From positions 127,123-191,122 of the IMG/VR virus record IMGVR_UViG_3300042868_010004: 64,000 bases of DNA. One strand, given 5' to 3'. Every line of letters starts with the position of its first letter. Position 1 is the first letter of the stretch. Origin of the DNA: a virus. This document shows, piece after piece, positions 47,224-56,517 of the stretch. The position numbers and the translations under genes were made by a program. The notes below the pieces were generated by a model. It worked only from the letters and a program-made list of their open reading frames with translations. It ran no database searches and had not been told where the DNA came from.

Positions 47224-47495
47224 ACGACAAACAATTAAAAGAAATCCATATTGACATCATTGAGGATGGTTATGGCGCGAAAATGCACCGGAGTTATTAC
47301 TACCAAGGAGTCCGCCTAAAAACTCATGATGGCGGTGACTTAACTCATGCTCAAATTTCAAAAATGGGAATTGGCCGGGTCGTCAGTCTTGTTTTTGAAG
47401 CTGGTAAAAGAAAGAGGGCGATTGAAATTGCAAGTCTTTTGCATGATGGCTTTCAGATTAAACAAGGGGAGGGTATTTGTTATGATGAAGAGTGA
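47220..47495 (+). CDS. hypothetical protein
   Basis: ATGA overlap. Confidence 0.6.
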   Translation: MNDKQLKEIHIDIIEDGYGAKMHRSYYYQGVRLKTHDGGDLTHAQISKMGIGRVVSLVFEAGKRKRAIEIASLLHDGFQIKQGEGICYDEE

Positions 47496-47958
47496 AATAA
47501 AATCTGTTCCGTTATTTTTTCGCGTCTGGGACAAAGCATTAAGCAGATGGGTAGAGGAATACCAGTGCGGCACCCACGCAATGACAGAGACTTATATAAG
47601 TCTGTCAGGCGATGTCGTTAAATTCTCCGCCGGTTTCCCGGAATGGGACAAAAAAACTCTTTGGGGGAAGGAAAGTGACAGTTGTTTTTGTAACGGTCGT
47701 TGGTGGGCGGAGAAAAACCGTTATGAGGTTTGCCGAGGGACGGGTTTGTTTTATAAGAGTGGGGACGAAGCTTTCGAGGGCGACATTGTAAATACCATGC
47801 CCGCAAGATATAAAATTACATACAAGGCTGGCGCGTTTTATTGTGAATGGGTAGAAGGGCTGAACTCCGGCAAAGACATTCTGCTTGCAAATTTGATCGA
47901 ACACGCGATTTACATTGGGAATATTTTTGAAACGCCCGAAAAGTTAAAAGTTATTTGA
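47482..47958 (+). CDS. YopX-family protein
   Basis: FFRVWDK, TGLFYKSGDEAFEGDIV, IGNIFETPEKL. Confidence 0.85.
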   Translation: MMKSEIKSVPLFFRVWDKALSRWVEEYQCGTHAMTETYISLSGDVVKFSAGFPEWDKKTLWGKESDSCFCNGRWWAEKNRYEVCRGTGLFYKSGDEAFEGDIVNTMPARYKITYKAGAFYCEWVEGLNSGKDILLANLIEHAIYIGNIFETPEKLKVI

Positions 47959-47987
47959 TTGACAAAACCGAGAGAAAACGGCAAATT
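47959..47987 (+). promoter_or_regulatory. sigma70-like promoter, leaderless start at 47995
   Basis: TTGACA-N17-CAAATT, ATG 7 nt later. Confidence 0.6.
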
Positions 47988-47994
47988 CCCCCTT

Positions 47995-48312
47995 ATGAAT
48001 ACCGAAGAAATTATCAACCAAGCAATCCGACAACAGAAAGATAAATATCCCGGCGAAACCCTCTGGCTCTTACAGAAGAAATCCGGGAAAGATAATGCAA
48101 GCTTGCCGTCTGACCACTGGGTTATCGGGTTCGGGCAGGAACCAACGGAGGGAGAACGGATTGTTATACTTCGTCTCGCCAATAAGGAATATCCAGAGGG
48201 GCGGCATGGATGGTTTGAATCAACGCCGGTTCGATCTATGACCCGGAATGACGAGGCTGACTTTTGGGTGATTCAGACAGAGAATTCGGAATACAAATTG
48301 GAGAAACTATGA
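47995..48312 (+). CDS. hypothetical protein
   Basis: ATG 47995; WFESTPV..TENSEYKLEKL. Confidence 0.65.
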   Translation: MNTEEIINQAIRQQKDKYPGETLWLLQKKSGKDNASLPSDHWVIGFGQEPTEGERIVILRLANKEYPEGRHGWFESTPVRSMTRNDEADFWVIQTENSEYKLEKL

Positions 48313-48692
48313 ACATAACAAAAGACGGAAAGATCGAAATTGACATCTCAGATTGGCTTGACCATCTAACAGAAAAAAAGAAGCTAGAGTTGATTGAAAC
48401 GCTGTCCTGCCAAGAGGATATCATCAAACATGTTGCCGACCAGATCTTGACCGGATGGACGGAAAATGCATTTCATGGATTGACCGGGTTTGGTATTGAA
48501 CCGCGAACGGCTTTAGAATTGGCCCGGCAGAGGGTAGTCGAATTAGCCCCGGAGGTTGCCCAGACAGAGATTGACCGGTTGAAGAGATTTGCTAAAAATC
48601 AGGAAGAGATCGCTAAAAAATACGAGGAAAAGTATTTCGCCCTGTATGAGGCTTGGCCGAATGGATATATAAAACCAGCGAAGGGATTTTAA
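48309..48692 (+). CDS. hypothetical protein
   Basis: ATGA overlap. Confidence 0.65.
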   Translation: MNITKDGKIEIDISDWLDHLTEKKKLELIETLSCQEDIIKHVADQILTGWTENAFHGLTGFGIEPRTALELARQRVVELAPEVAQTEIDRLKRFAKNQEEIAKKYEEKYFALYEAWPNGYIKPAKGF

Positions 48693-48694
48693 TC

Positions 48695-49015
48695 ATGAAA
48701 AACCAATACAAAGACCTATTCGGAAAAGAAATTAAGGTCGGCGACTTCATCACTTATGCTGCCAATGACGGAAGATGCGGAGTTCTGAGAGTGGGGCAGG
48801 TTACGAAACTGACCGAGGCTAAAAATGATTACGAGGATGACATTCAACTAAAAATTCGAGTGAAATCAGCCCGTTATGGGTATCTTGATTGGGATGAGGA
48901 GAATGAAAATATTTACGGATGGACCCGCCAAAAAGATGTCACCCTTGGCTTCCTTGATCGACTAATTGTTGTTGACAATCTGCCGGAAGAAGTTCGGAAT
49001 GTATTGAAAGACTAA
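48695..49015 (+). CDS. hypothetical protein (KDxxGxEIKVGD-type)
   Basis: KDLFGKEIKVGDFITY. Confidence 0.65.
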   Translation: MKNQYKDLFGKEIKVGDFITYAANDGRCGVLRVGQVTKLTEAKNDYEDDIQLKIRVKSARYGYLDWDEENENIYGWTRQKDVTLGFLDRLIVVDNLPEEVRNVLKD

Positions 49016-49028
49016 AAATATTTTAATT

Positions 49029-50447
49029 ATGAGCAAACTAACTGTAAAAGCCAAAAATACCAACTATTGCGCCCGCCTAATCCGCCTTCCCGCGCCGCGA
49101 GCCCATTCTAACGCAAATAAATTGCTTTGTGTGTCTGTGCTCGGCAATAATGTAATCACGGGGTTGAACGCCACCGAAGGAGCGCCCTACGTTTTCTTCC
49201 CGCTCGAAAGTTCAATCAACACGGAATATCTTACTCACTCTAATTCGTTGGACGACCCCTCGTTGAATCGAGACAAGAAAACCAAGGGTTTCTTTTCGCC
49301 TAAACATGGCCGGGTTAAGGCTTTGTCGCTTAGGTCGGAGAGATCGGAAGGTTACGCTGCGCCCGCTCACACTATTGAGGAGTGGTCTGGTTATAAATTC
49401 AAGGAAGATGACTTCGATAAGGATTTTGACCATATCGGAGATGTAAAGCTGTGCGAGAAATATATTAATCGTGATGCGCTCCGAAAACAAAATCAGGCCG
49501 AAAATCGAGCGAAGAAGGGCGGAAAAGTTAAGCGCGAAAGTAGATTGGTCGAGAATCAATTTCGTTTGAGTCCTGATTACAAACAATTGAAGCGCGAAAT
49601 TGTTACCCTTAAACCTGACGACTGGATTGAAATTACTTCTAAGTGGCACGGCGCGAATGGGGTTATTTCAAGAGTTTTAACCAAACGAAAACTATCTGTC
49701 GCCGATAAAATCGCAAAGTTTTTTGGCGCGCAAGTTATTGAATCGCAATACGATCTGGTTTACGCGTCAAGGCGCGTAATTAAGAATGAGTTCGCCGATC
49801 AAAAGTCAGGCAGCTTTTACGACTCAAACATTTGGGAAATTGTTGCGAATAAATACAAGGATGCACTTCAGGACGGAATCACCTTAATTGGTGAGGTCGT
49901 GGGTTATACTCCTACGGGAACGCCTATTCAGAGTATGAAGGGCAAGGCTTACGATTACGGCTGTGAGGTTGGGAAATGTGATTTTATCGTATTTCGAATT
50001 AATTATACCAATCCATCAGGGAAGGTTTTTGAATTTTCTTTCCAGCAGGTTATGGATTATTGTAAGAAATACGGGCTCAAGCATGTTCCGGTATATTTTA
50101 TCGGACAGGCGAAAGAACTGTATTATAATCTTTATTTAAAACATGAATATTCTCATAATAATTCCGCTTTCGCCGATTGTGGAATTGAACCCGACGAGCA
50201 AATTGATGGGCGCGGCTGGCGTGATAAGTTTTTACAGTTGCTGGTCAAAGAATATTTGGAGAAAGACGATATTTATTGTAAGACTAAAGGTTTGGCGGAT
50301 GAAGGAATTGTTCTGTCTCGCCGAGTTGATGTGTTTGAAGGGCTTAAATTAAAATCTTTTAAATTTCTTCAAGGGGAAACTCAAGAGGCTGATGACGGAA
50401 AGGTTGATATGGAAACACAAGAATCAGTAGAAACACCGAATGAATAA
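49029..50447 (+). CDS. RNA ligase (Rnl2/DRB0094-like)
   Basis: N-terminal OB-like domain; motif I TSKWHGAN, LIGEVVG, FIVFRI, DEGIVL, LKLKS. Confidence 0.85.
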   Translation: MSKLTVKAKNTNYCARLIRLPAPRAHSNANKLLCVSVLGNNVITGLNATEGAPYVFFPLESSINTEYLTHSNSLDDPSLNRDKKTKGFFSPKHGRVKALSLRSERSEGYAAPAHTIEEWSGYKFKEDDFDKDFDHIGDVKLCEKYINRDALRKQNQAENRAKKGGKVKRESRLVENQFRLSPDYKQLKREIVTLKPDDWIEITSKWHGANGVISRVLTKRKLSVADKIAKFFGAQVIESQYDLVYASRRVIKNEFADQKSGSFYDSNIWEIVANKYKDALQDGITLIGEVVGYTPTGTPIQSMKGKAYDYGCEVGKCDFIVFRINYTNPSGKVFEFSFQQVMDYCKKYGLKHVPVYFIGQAKELYYNLYLKHEYSHNNSAFADCGIEPDEQIDGRGWRDKFLQLLVKEYLEKDDIYCKTKGLADEGIVLSRRVDVFEGLKLKSFKFLQGETQEADDGKVDMETQESVETPNE

Positions 50448-50904
50448 AAAACAAATCATAATGACCATCGGGTGCTCCGGCTCCGGCAAGTCCACTTGGG
50501 CGCGGAAATTCCTAGAACAGAACCCCGATTATATCTATTTAAATGCGGATACCATGCGGTTATGCATGACCGGAGATGAATCAAATCAAGATCGGAATCA
50601 TCAAGTATTCCAAACTTTAGAGAACATGGTCGGTTATTTCATGATTCTCGGGAAAAATCTGATCATAGATTGCACAAACTATAATCGTAAAAACCGCTTG
50701 ATTTGGAACAGGCTGGCGACTGCGCATGATTATCAGAAAACTTGGGTTGTCTTTCAGACAAGTTTGGAACAATGCATTCGGAACAATGAGAAGCGGGAGC
50801 GCCGTGTTCCTGTTGATGTAATCCGTCGCCAGCATGAAAATCTGTCTTTACCGCTTGACGAGGGTGGGGAAATTCAGTATGTTGATTGGGAAAACCATGC
50901 TTAA
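50440..50904 (+). CDS. polynucleotide kinase (AAA_33 P-loop)
   Basis: GCSGSGKST, NADTMR, IIDCTN, CIRNNEKRER.VP. Confidence 0.85.
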   Translation: MNKKQIIMTIGCSGSGKSTWARKFLEQNPDYIYLNADTMRLCMTGDESNQDRNHQVFQTLENMVGYFMILGKNLIIDCTNYNRKNRLIWNRLATAHDYQKTWVVFQTSLEQCIRNNEKRERRVPVDVIRRQHENLSLPLDEGGEIQYVDWENHA

Positions 50905-51550
50905 ACCACTAAAGTTCAAAGGGGATGAGTCTAAGTTCTTCTATATCAGTGATTTCCATCACCATCATGATCGGGATTTCATCTGGGGAAAAAGAGAATT
51001 TAAGTCAGTAGAGGAATCTGATGCTACTCTGATCCAACGATGGAATGAAACTTGTGATGAAGAATCTATCGTATTCCACCTTGGGGATTTCATTTTCAGC
51101 GATGGCACAGGCGAAAAATTCTACAAACTGATTGAACGGCTGAGATTTAAAGAACTGAACCTTCTTTTGGGAAATCACGTATCAGGTCAGAGACAGGCTT
51201 ACCAAAAGCAGATGAAGGAGCAGTTTGGTGAGGTAGATTTCGAAGTCTATCCTCTGTCTTTCATTCATCAAGGGAAAAAGATCACATTTCTACCTCAGTA
51301 TGTCGAAATGTATGTTAATTCAACGGAGATTGTCTGTTGTCACTATCCGATTATTTCTCATAACGGGTTGAGTAAGAGGGCTTTACATTTTTGCGGACAC
51401 TCGCACGGCGGCTGCGAAATTACTAATAAAGACACGGGCAAAGGCTTTCGTTTGGATGTTGGGGTTGAATCTTTTGGAAGGCCGATTAGTCTGAAAGAAG
51501 CAAAAAATTATCTGAAAGACCGAACGATTGATACGGTTGACCACCACTAA
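50897..51550 (+). CDS. calcineurin-like metallophosphoesterase
   Basis: ISDFHHHH, HLGDF, LGNH, CHYP, GHSHG, DVGV. Confidence 0.88.
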   Translation: MLKPLKFKGDESKFFYISDFHHHHDRDFIWGKREFKSVEESDATLIQRWNETCDEESIVFHLGDFIFSDGTGEKFYKLIERLRFKELNLLLGNHVSGQRQAYQKQMKEQFGEVDFEVYPLSFIHQGKKITFLPQYVEMYVNSTEIVCCHYPIISHNGLSKRALHFCGHSHGGCEITNKDTGKGFRLDVGVESFGRPISLKEAKNYLKDRTIDTVDHH

Positions 51551-51553
51551 TTT

Positions 51554-51823
51554 ATGAAAATCTACAAAGAAATCAAAGTCGATTTAAGTAAATACATCAA
51601 TAAGGTTCGCGATCCGGAAATGGATTATACAGAGTCCGAGCGGGCTAAACTTAATATTCTGTATGTGGATTTTGAAGAAGGTGAGTTTGAATCCGCTATG
51701 AAATACGCCGCCGGTTGGTCTCGGGAAGAGCTGGAATGCATTCCCCAAGAAATTTGGGAGATTTTGGTTGACGTGAACATGGGGCAGACATACAAGACAG
51801 AGGAAGATTTTAAGGCAGATTAA
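51554..51823 (+). CDS. hypothetical protein
   Basis: Packed + strand ORF. Confidence 0.6.
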   Translation: MKIYKEIKVDLSKYINKVRDPEMDYTESERAKLNILYVDFEEGEFESAMKYAAGWSREELECIPQEIWEILVDVNMGQTYKTEEDFKAD

Positions 51824-51826
51824 TTT

Positions 51827-52060
51827 ATGAAAACTAATACCGATTATTCAAAATGGATAGGCATGAAGGTTTCAAAAACGGGCTCTACTCGCAAAAATCG
51901 AGAACCAAAACCCTTTAAGTCTGGGCTTAAAATAAACACTATTAAGAATTTGTGTGAAAACCCAAATACCGGAAAGCCAGCGTTTTCATTTTTCGAAGAC
52001 GATTCCGTTGTTGATTGTCATGTTTGCGAATTGATTACCAATGAAAAACCACTCAAATGA
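51827..52060 (+). CDS. hypothetical protein
   Basis: KPFKSGLKINT..NP..F.EDDSVV. Confidence 0.65.
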   Translation: MKTNTDYSKWIGMKVSKTGSTRKNREPKPFKSGLKINTIKNLCENPNTGKPAFSFFEDDSVVDCHVCELITNEKPLK

Positions 52061-52235
52061 AACTATCCGTCTGATTTACTGGGCGGCGGTCTGGGCCGGG
52101 CGATTCTTCCGGACGGTATTCCACATTTGCTATCGTCCCGCTTATCGGAAATTCAAACTAAGACAATCAGAAAGAAAATCTCGCCGATTCTACCCGGAAC
52201 CTCTTGACTTTACGGATTCTTCCATGTTTCATTAG
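52041..52235 (+). CDS. hypothetical protein
   Basis: Packed + strand ORF. Confidence 0.4.
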   Translation: MKNHSNETIRLIYWAAVWAGRFFRTVFHICYRPAYRKFKLRQSERKSRRFYPEPLDFTDSSMFH

Positions 52236-52255
52236 GCGGAAATTCACCGAAATTT

Positions 52256-52468
52256 ATGACAACCCACGAATTAATTGAACAGTTAGAGGGTAGCGCCGCC
52301 GATCTAAACAGCGGAGTATATCACGAATTTGCCAAAGATATGCATTTAGCTGCCATCGCCCTTCGTAAATATGTTACGGCAATGGACGCGATATACAGCC
52401 ATAACGAAGCAGCCCGAGCAGCAGTAATTCAGCACTTTGGAATTCATCACGCGATAACTTTGAAATAA
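52256..52468 (+). CDS. hypothetical protein
   Basis: Packed + strand ORF. Confidence 0.6.
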   Translation: MTTHELIEQLEGSAADLNSGVYHEFAKDMHLAAIALRKYVTAMDAIYSHNEAARAAVIQHFGIHHAITLK

Positions 52469-52469
52469 T

Positions 52470-52590
52470 ATGAGTATTCAATCACAAAAGCCCACCGTTC
52501 AGAAAATTGACGATGCTATTGTTAGCCGCCACCCCGCATTCGGCATGATCCGATTCGGGTGAACGGGCCAAGGAAATGTCCGCTGATGGT
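52470..52590 (+). pseudogene. truncated 5' gene fragment
   Basis: MSIQSQKP..HPAFGMIRFG*TGQGNVR* with in-frame stops. Confidence 0.45.
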
Positions 52591-52620
52591 ATTTGCCATT
52601 TAAGTATATAAAAGAATAGA

Positions 52621-53295
52621 ATGCCTCAAAAAAGATTACCACAAAATTTTCCTCAAGAAATTATTGATTTTGTATTAAAAAATCATGAAAAGATGACTTA
52701 TAGAGAAATGGCGTCCATTTTTGGATTTACATTAAACGCATTCAAAACGTATGGGAGATTTATATTGAAAGGTAAAAAATCTCTTAAGTTTACAGAGCAA
52801 GAGATTGTTGAAAAGTTAAAAGATAGACCCTATTTATCTATTGATTATTCAACATACAAGTCCTCTGGGGAAAAATGTAGATTTATTGATTCCGATTTCG
52901 GCGATTTTTGGATGTCTTTGGAGAGCTTACTAAAGACGAAAGGGCACCTTAAAAGAAAAAGGGCGATAGCTAAATCTTCAGAGGTGATGTTTAAACGAGT
53001 CAAGGCAATTCAAAATGATTTGGATAGAAAAGTAGGACACAAAAAATTAAGACTTGTCCCAGAGAGTTTTGTTAGCATTCTTGATTATGCAAACTTTGTT
53101 GATGCCGATTACGGAGAATGTCGGCTGTGCGTTTCCTCCGTCTTGTATGGGGCTTCAATGCATAAAAAAAGAAAGGCCGAAAATAGAATTCGCTCCTCAT
53201 TAGAACCCATTAAGAAAAGAATTTTTGATATGTATGGAGATTTATTGGATAGAGGGCTAGTGGTTAGCCCAGCAATCATAAAAATCGCAAACTAA
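52621..53295 (+). mobile_element. truncated homing-endonuclease-like ORF (no nuclease domain visible)
   Basis: AT-rich; repeats FIDSDFGDFW / FVDADYGECR; third repeat breaks off. Confidence 0.5.
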
Positions 53296-53317
53296 GAATA
53301 TTTTACAATATTTTTAG

Positions 53318-53503
53318 GAACCATTTGAGAATACAGCGGATGAGTCAGCGGAGGATAAGTTTTTTGAGTGTGGCGATCCAGCGGAAGGAGAGGTTATCCC
53401 GAAACTCCGAAAGTTTGATAAGGAAGGCTATCAGAGGTATGATGCCCGGATTCGGAATGGCTTGATTTTGTTCGGGAAATATTTCAGATCACTTTGGGAT
53501 TAA
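53318..53503 (+). pseudogene. start-less 3' gene fragment
   Basis: Open frame after TAG ending RIRNGLILFGKYFRSLWD*. Confidence 0.55.
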
Positions 53504-53524
53504 ATCATTGAAAGATAATAACTT

Positions 53525-53686
53525 ATGAACGAAAACGAAATTACAAAATTTCTAAGAGAAAATCTCACCGTTGAATTTAACGAGGCGTGGGGCTGGGGCG
53601 GAAGGTTAGAAAGAAAGCTAACTTTCAAAACAAAAGAAGAGGTTATTACCGAGTGCTATCTTCCAACTATTCCGAACCATGACTAA
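53525..53686 (+). CDS. hypothetical protein (53 aa)
   Basis: Manual translation MNENEITKFLRENL..NHD*. Confidence 0.5.
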   Translation: MNENEITKFLRENLTVEFNEAWGWGGRLERKLTFKTKEEVITECYLPTIPNHD

Positions 53687-53945
53687 GATAGAGATACTTT
53701 CCGTCTTAGAGAAAATCATTCAAGATTGCTTCAACGTTTGGGATGTCGTGTTGACTAACTCTTCCCGTCTTTCCGACTTTGAGCCAGACGAACTCGACCT
53801 AATCTTATTTCTGACTGAAATTGATTTTGAATTCAATCTTGACTTAGAAGAGGAATTCCCTGATCTTGCTTGCACTCCGATTGGGGATATTATGGAATAT
53901 ATTTATCAGAATCAGAAAACAAACCAGCCACCCATTCATGAATAA
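53679..53945 (+). CDS. acyl carrier protein-like, lacking the phosphopantetheine Ser
   Basis: KII..V..TN..D..DELD..EF..DIMEYI aligns with ACP; DSLD replaced by DELD. Confidence 0.65.
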   Translation: MTKIEILSVLEKIIQDCFNVWDVVLTNSSRLSDFEPDELDLILFLTEIDFEFNLDLEEEFPDLACTPIGDIMEYIYQNQKTNQPPIHE

Positions 53946-53959
53946 ATTCTCGGGTTTAC

Positions 53960-54328
53960 TTGTGTCATTTTATGAATAAAATCTATCTAATCCAATTTGA
54001 TAATGGCGAGTCTTGGGAAGACAGACATGTTTCCGATATTTGTGCCTGTCTAAATAAAATCCAAGCTGAAAGTCTCGTTAAAGAACTCAGCGATTGGATC
54101 GAAAAGGCCCGGTCGGAAATGCCCGCCTGTTATTATGATTCTCCGGAATATAAAGACGGAGTTCTGACCGATGAACAGATGGAGCGGCATGAGGCCGAAC
54201 AACGGAAGTGGTTTGACAGCTTGTGTCCGCCTTATGGCTTCAATCAGGTCCGATCTGCAATTAGTGAGTTCGGGCAGCATTCCGGTTGGGTTAGCATGAA
54301 AGAAGTCGATCTTTTCGAGAAATTATGA
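53960..54328 (+). CDS. hypothetical protein
   Basis: Packed + strand ORF. Confidence 0.6.
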   Translation: MCHFMNKIYLIQFDNGESWEDRHVSDICACLNKIQAESLVKELSDWIEKARSEMPACYYDSPEYKDGVLTDEQMERHEAEQRKWFDSLCPPYGFNQVRSAISEFGQHSGWVSMKEVDLFEKL

Positions 54329-54777
54329 AATTGAAATACACACCAGATAGAATTACAGAACTCCATGATGGGCAAATCTTTTGCTACGGGGCGAATCGTG
54401 CAGGCAGACACGGAGCCGGAGCCGCGAAATTGGCCCTTCAGAAGTTCGGCGCGCAATACGGGAAGGTCGGCTTGGTCGGGCAATCCTATGGGCTTTGCAC
54501 GAAAGACGAAAATATTAGGACGCTGCCTTTGCATGAAATTAAAGCGGAGATTAAGGAATTTATGCAGATCGCCGAAAATAATCCTCAATGGGACTTTTTA
54601 ATGACCGAGATTGGTTGCGGCCTCGCAAATTATTCCGCTTCAGATATTGCCCCACTCTTTTGTAATTTTAATAGGCCGATTAATGTATTTTTCCCTAAGT
54701 CTTTTGAGGATTATTGGGCAGAAAATGGTTTCGGTTATTTCAATGTGAAAAATTACGGAGAAGATCATGCTGACTAA
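54325..54777 (+). CDS. macrodomain-like phage protein (A1S_2505 family)
   Basis: IFCYGAN.AGRHGAGAAK, GQSYGLCTK, TEIGCGLA, IAPLF. Confidence 0.75.
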   Translation: MKLKYTPDRITELHDGQIFCYGANRAGRHGAGAAKLALQKFGAQYGKVGLVGQSYGLCTKDENIRTLPLHEIKAEIKEFMQIAENNPQWDFLMTEIGCGLANYSASDIAPLFCNFNRPINVFFPKSFEDYWAENGFGYFNVKNYGEDHAD

Positions 54778-54967
54778 TATCTTTGTCCTCCTTCCAATCT
54801 GGTTCGCCCTCGGTGCCTTCGCTGGGCTCTGGTCAGTCGGATTTCGCTTTCGGAAAGTCGCCGAACAGCCATTTCTGTTTTCGGCCCTCTGTTGTTTCGG
54901 CCCGCTGGTTTTCCTTCTGATTCTGCTTGACAGTTGGACAGGGAAAGATACAAACAATGGGAATTAA
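54767..54967 (+). CDS. small membrane protein
   Basis: Two hydrophobic helices. Confidence 0.6.
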   Translation: MLTNIFVLLPIWFALGAFAGLWSVGFRFRKVAEQPFLFSALCCFGPLVFLLILLDSWTGKDTNNGN

Positions 54968-54986
54968 GACAAAATAAGACAAAAAC

Positions 54987-55190
54987 ATGAAGACTGAAAT
55001 TAAAATTCAAAAACAACAAAAAATCACCCTGAAGGCAGAAATCGCCGAGCAGAACGAAGAGATCATTCTGAAGGACTGTGAGGATAATTCGGATTATGTT
55101 GAGATTTCTAACGAGACCAATGAGCCCACCGTTATTCATAAAGATATGATTGATTCCGTCATCCGGGCTTTGGCGAAATTTAACCCCTGA
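54987..55190 (+). CDS. hypothetical protein
   Basis: Packed + strand ORF. Confidence 0.6.
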   Translation: MKTEIKIQKQQKITLKAEIAEQNEEIILKDCEDNSDYVEISNETNEPTVIHKDMIDSVIRALAKFNP

Positions 55191-55193
55191 AAA

Positions 55194-56039
55194 ATGAGCA
55201 AACCCACCACAATCACATTTCAATCCGAACACATCCCAGTTCTGATGGCGGCTCTTGAATCATATTCCCGCGCCCGAATGGGACAATTTAAACACTGGTT
55301 CGAAGAGACTTTTGGCTGGAAGTATGATTGGGATACCGGTTCAGACATTGAAACATTCATCCGCCTCCGCACGATTGAACAACATTTAGAAAAGAAGCAT
55401 GGAAAGGAAGCTGTCAAAAAAAGTAGGGAAATTTATTGCGGCGGAACCATGAGCAGCATAAGTAACGAGGGCTATCTCCAATGTTATTCAAATTTTATTC
55501 GGAGTTACCCTCAGACAGATGATGAGCCTTTTCCCCGCGAAATAAATGCTTCTTGGGGCATCCTTCAAACGGATCGCGTCGGGGACGGGCAGATCGCTTA
55601 TGAAATCTATCAAACTCTCCGGCAATACAATGCTGTCACTCAGAATGGCGGGCTGTTCGATCATTATACATCAACGCGAGATCCCCTGAATTATTCCGGG
55701 ACAGCCTTGCCGGAAATACATGGTTTTGAAAAACATAAGGATTACAGGCTGAACCAGACCGAATCACGGAAGCTATCTGTTCTGTGTCAGGCCGGAAACT
55801 ATGAAAAGGCTTGGGAATATATTAATAAGACGTTGAGGCCGAAATATAAGATTCCTCGCGGGGAATCCATGACAATCCGCTTTAATGAGACTCCGACGAA
55901 ATATATGCATGTCACTGGAGAGGTCCGAGAAGGGATTGACCCGACTAGTTATTATCTTCGTGTTTATAAACCACAGAAAGAAGATAAGGCGGAAATTCCG
56001 CAAGAAAAAGCCTTGACTGAATCTCCGAAATCTGTCTGA
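55194..56039 (+). CDS. hypothetical protein
   Basis: 281-aa ORF. Confidence 0.7.
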   Translation: MSKPTTITFQSEHIPVLMAALESYSRARMGQFKHWFEETFGWKYDWDTGSDIETFIRLRTIEQHLEKKHGKEAVKKSREIYCGGTMSSISNEGYLQCYSNFIRSYPQTDDEPFPREINASWGILQTDRVGDGQIAYEIYQTLRQYNAVTQNGGLFDHYTSTRDPLNYSGTALPEIHGFEKHKDYRLNQTESRKLSVLCQAGNYEKAWEYINKTLRPKYKIPRGESMTIRFNETPTKYMHVTGEVREGIDPTSYYLRVYKPQKEDKAEIPQEKALTESPKSV

Positions 56040-56063
56040 ATTTGTCTTAATTTGAAAAACCAG

Positions 56064-56231
56064 ATGGCAGAATTGAATGACTTGCTTCAAGTTGCCCGAG
56101 CAAACGGAATGACTCGGGAGAAGATTCGCCGGGAATTCCCCAAATGGGATCAGAATGAGAAAAATCAATTTTTGGATAGTCTTCGTTGGGAGATTATACA
56201 AACTACAAACAAAAATAATCATTCAGATTGA
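56064..56231 (+). CDS. hypothetical protein (55 aa)
   Basis: Manual translation MAELNDLLQVARANG..NHSD*. Confidence 0.45.
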   Translation: MAELNDLLQVARANGMTREKIRREFPKWDQNEKNQFLDSLRWEIIQTTNKNNHSD

Positions 56232-56244
56232 TAAAAATAAAAAC

Positions 56245-56514
56245 ATGAGCGAAATTACAATTCTTAAATTTTCAAGTTCGTGGTGTGGGCCGTGTAAAAA
56301 GCTTCAAACCTATCTACCAGAAGTAGTTGCCGAAACCGGTGTTTGCGTTCATTCTTATGATGCCGACGAACATGAAAAGAAGTTTGAGGAGTTTGGAGTT
56401 CGCGCCGTTCCCACCTTGATTTTCCTGAAAAAAGATCTTGAAATCGGGCGGAAAACCGGATTGATTCCGAGGGAAGAACTTATCCGACTGATCGGATTGT
56501 ATCGGAAGGACTAA
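56245..56514 (+). CDS. trxA: thioredoxin
   Basis: FSSSWCGPCK, VRAVPTLIF. Confidence 0.9.
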   Translation: MSEITILKFSSSWCGPCKKLQTYLPEVVAETGVCVHSYDADEHEKKFEEFGVRAVPTLIFLKKDLEIGRKTGLIPREELIRLIGLYRKD

Positions 56515-56517
56515 AAT

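Noticed and set aside
47959-47994. TTG start of ORF 47959..48312
   Set aside because: The TTG is the -35 box TTGACA; ATG 47995 fits a leaderless start.
52560-53317. Stop-codon reassignment (TGA/TAG in frame)
   Set aside because: All large conserved genes are intact in code 11 and TGA ends many genes; these stops belong to local pseudogenes.
52590-53317. Group I intron with endonuclease ORF
   Set aside because: Flanks appear to come from different genes, and there is too little non-coding sequence for a P3-P9 core.
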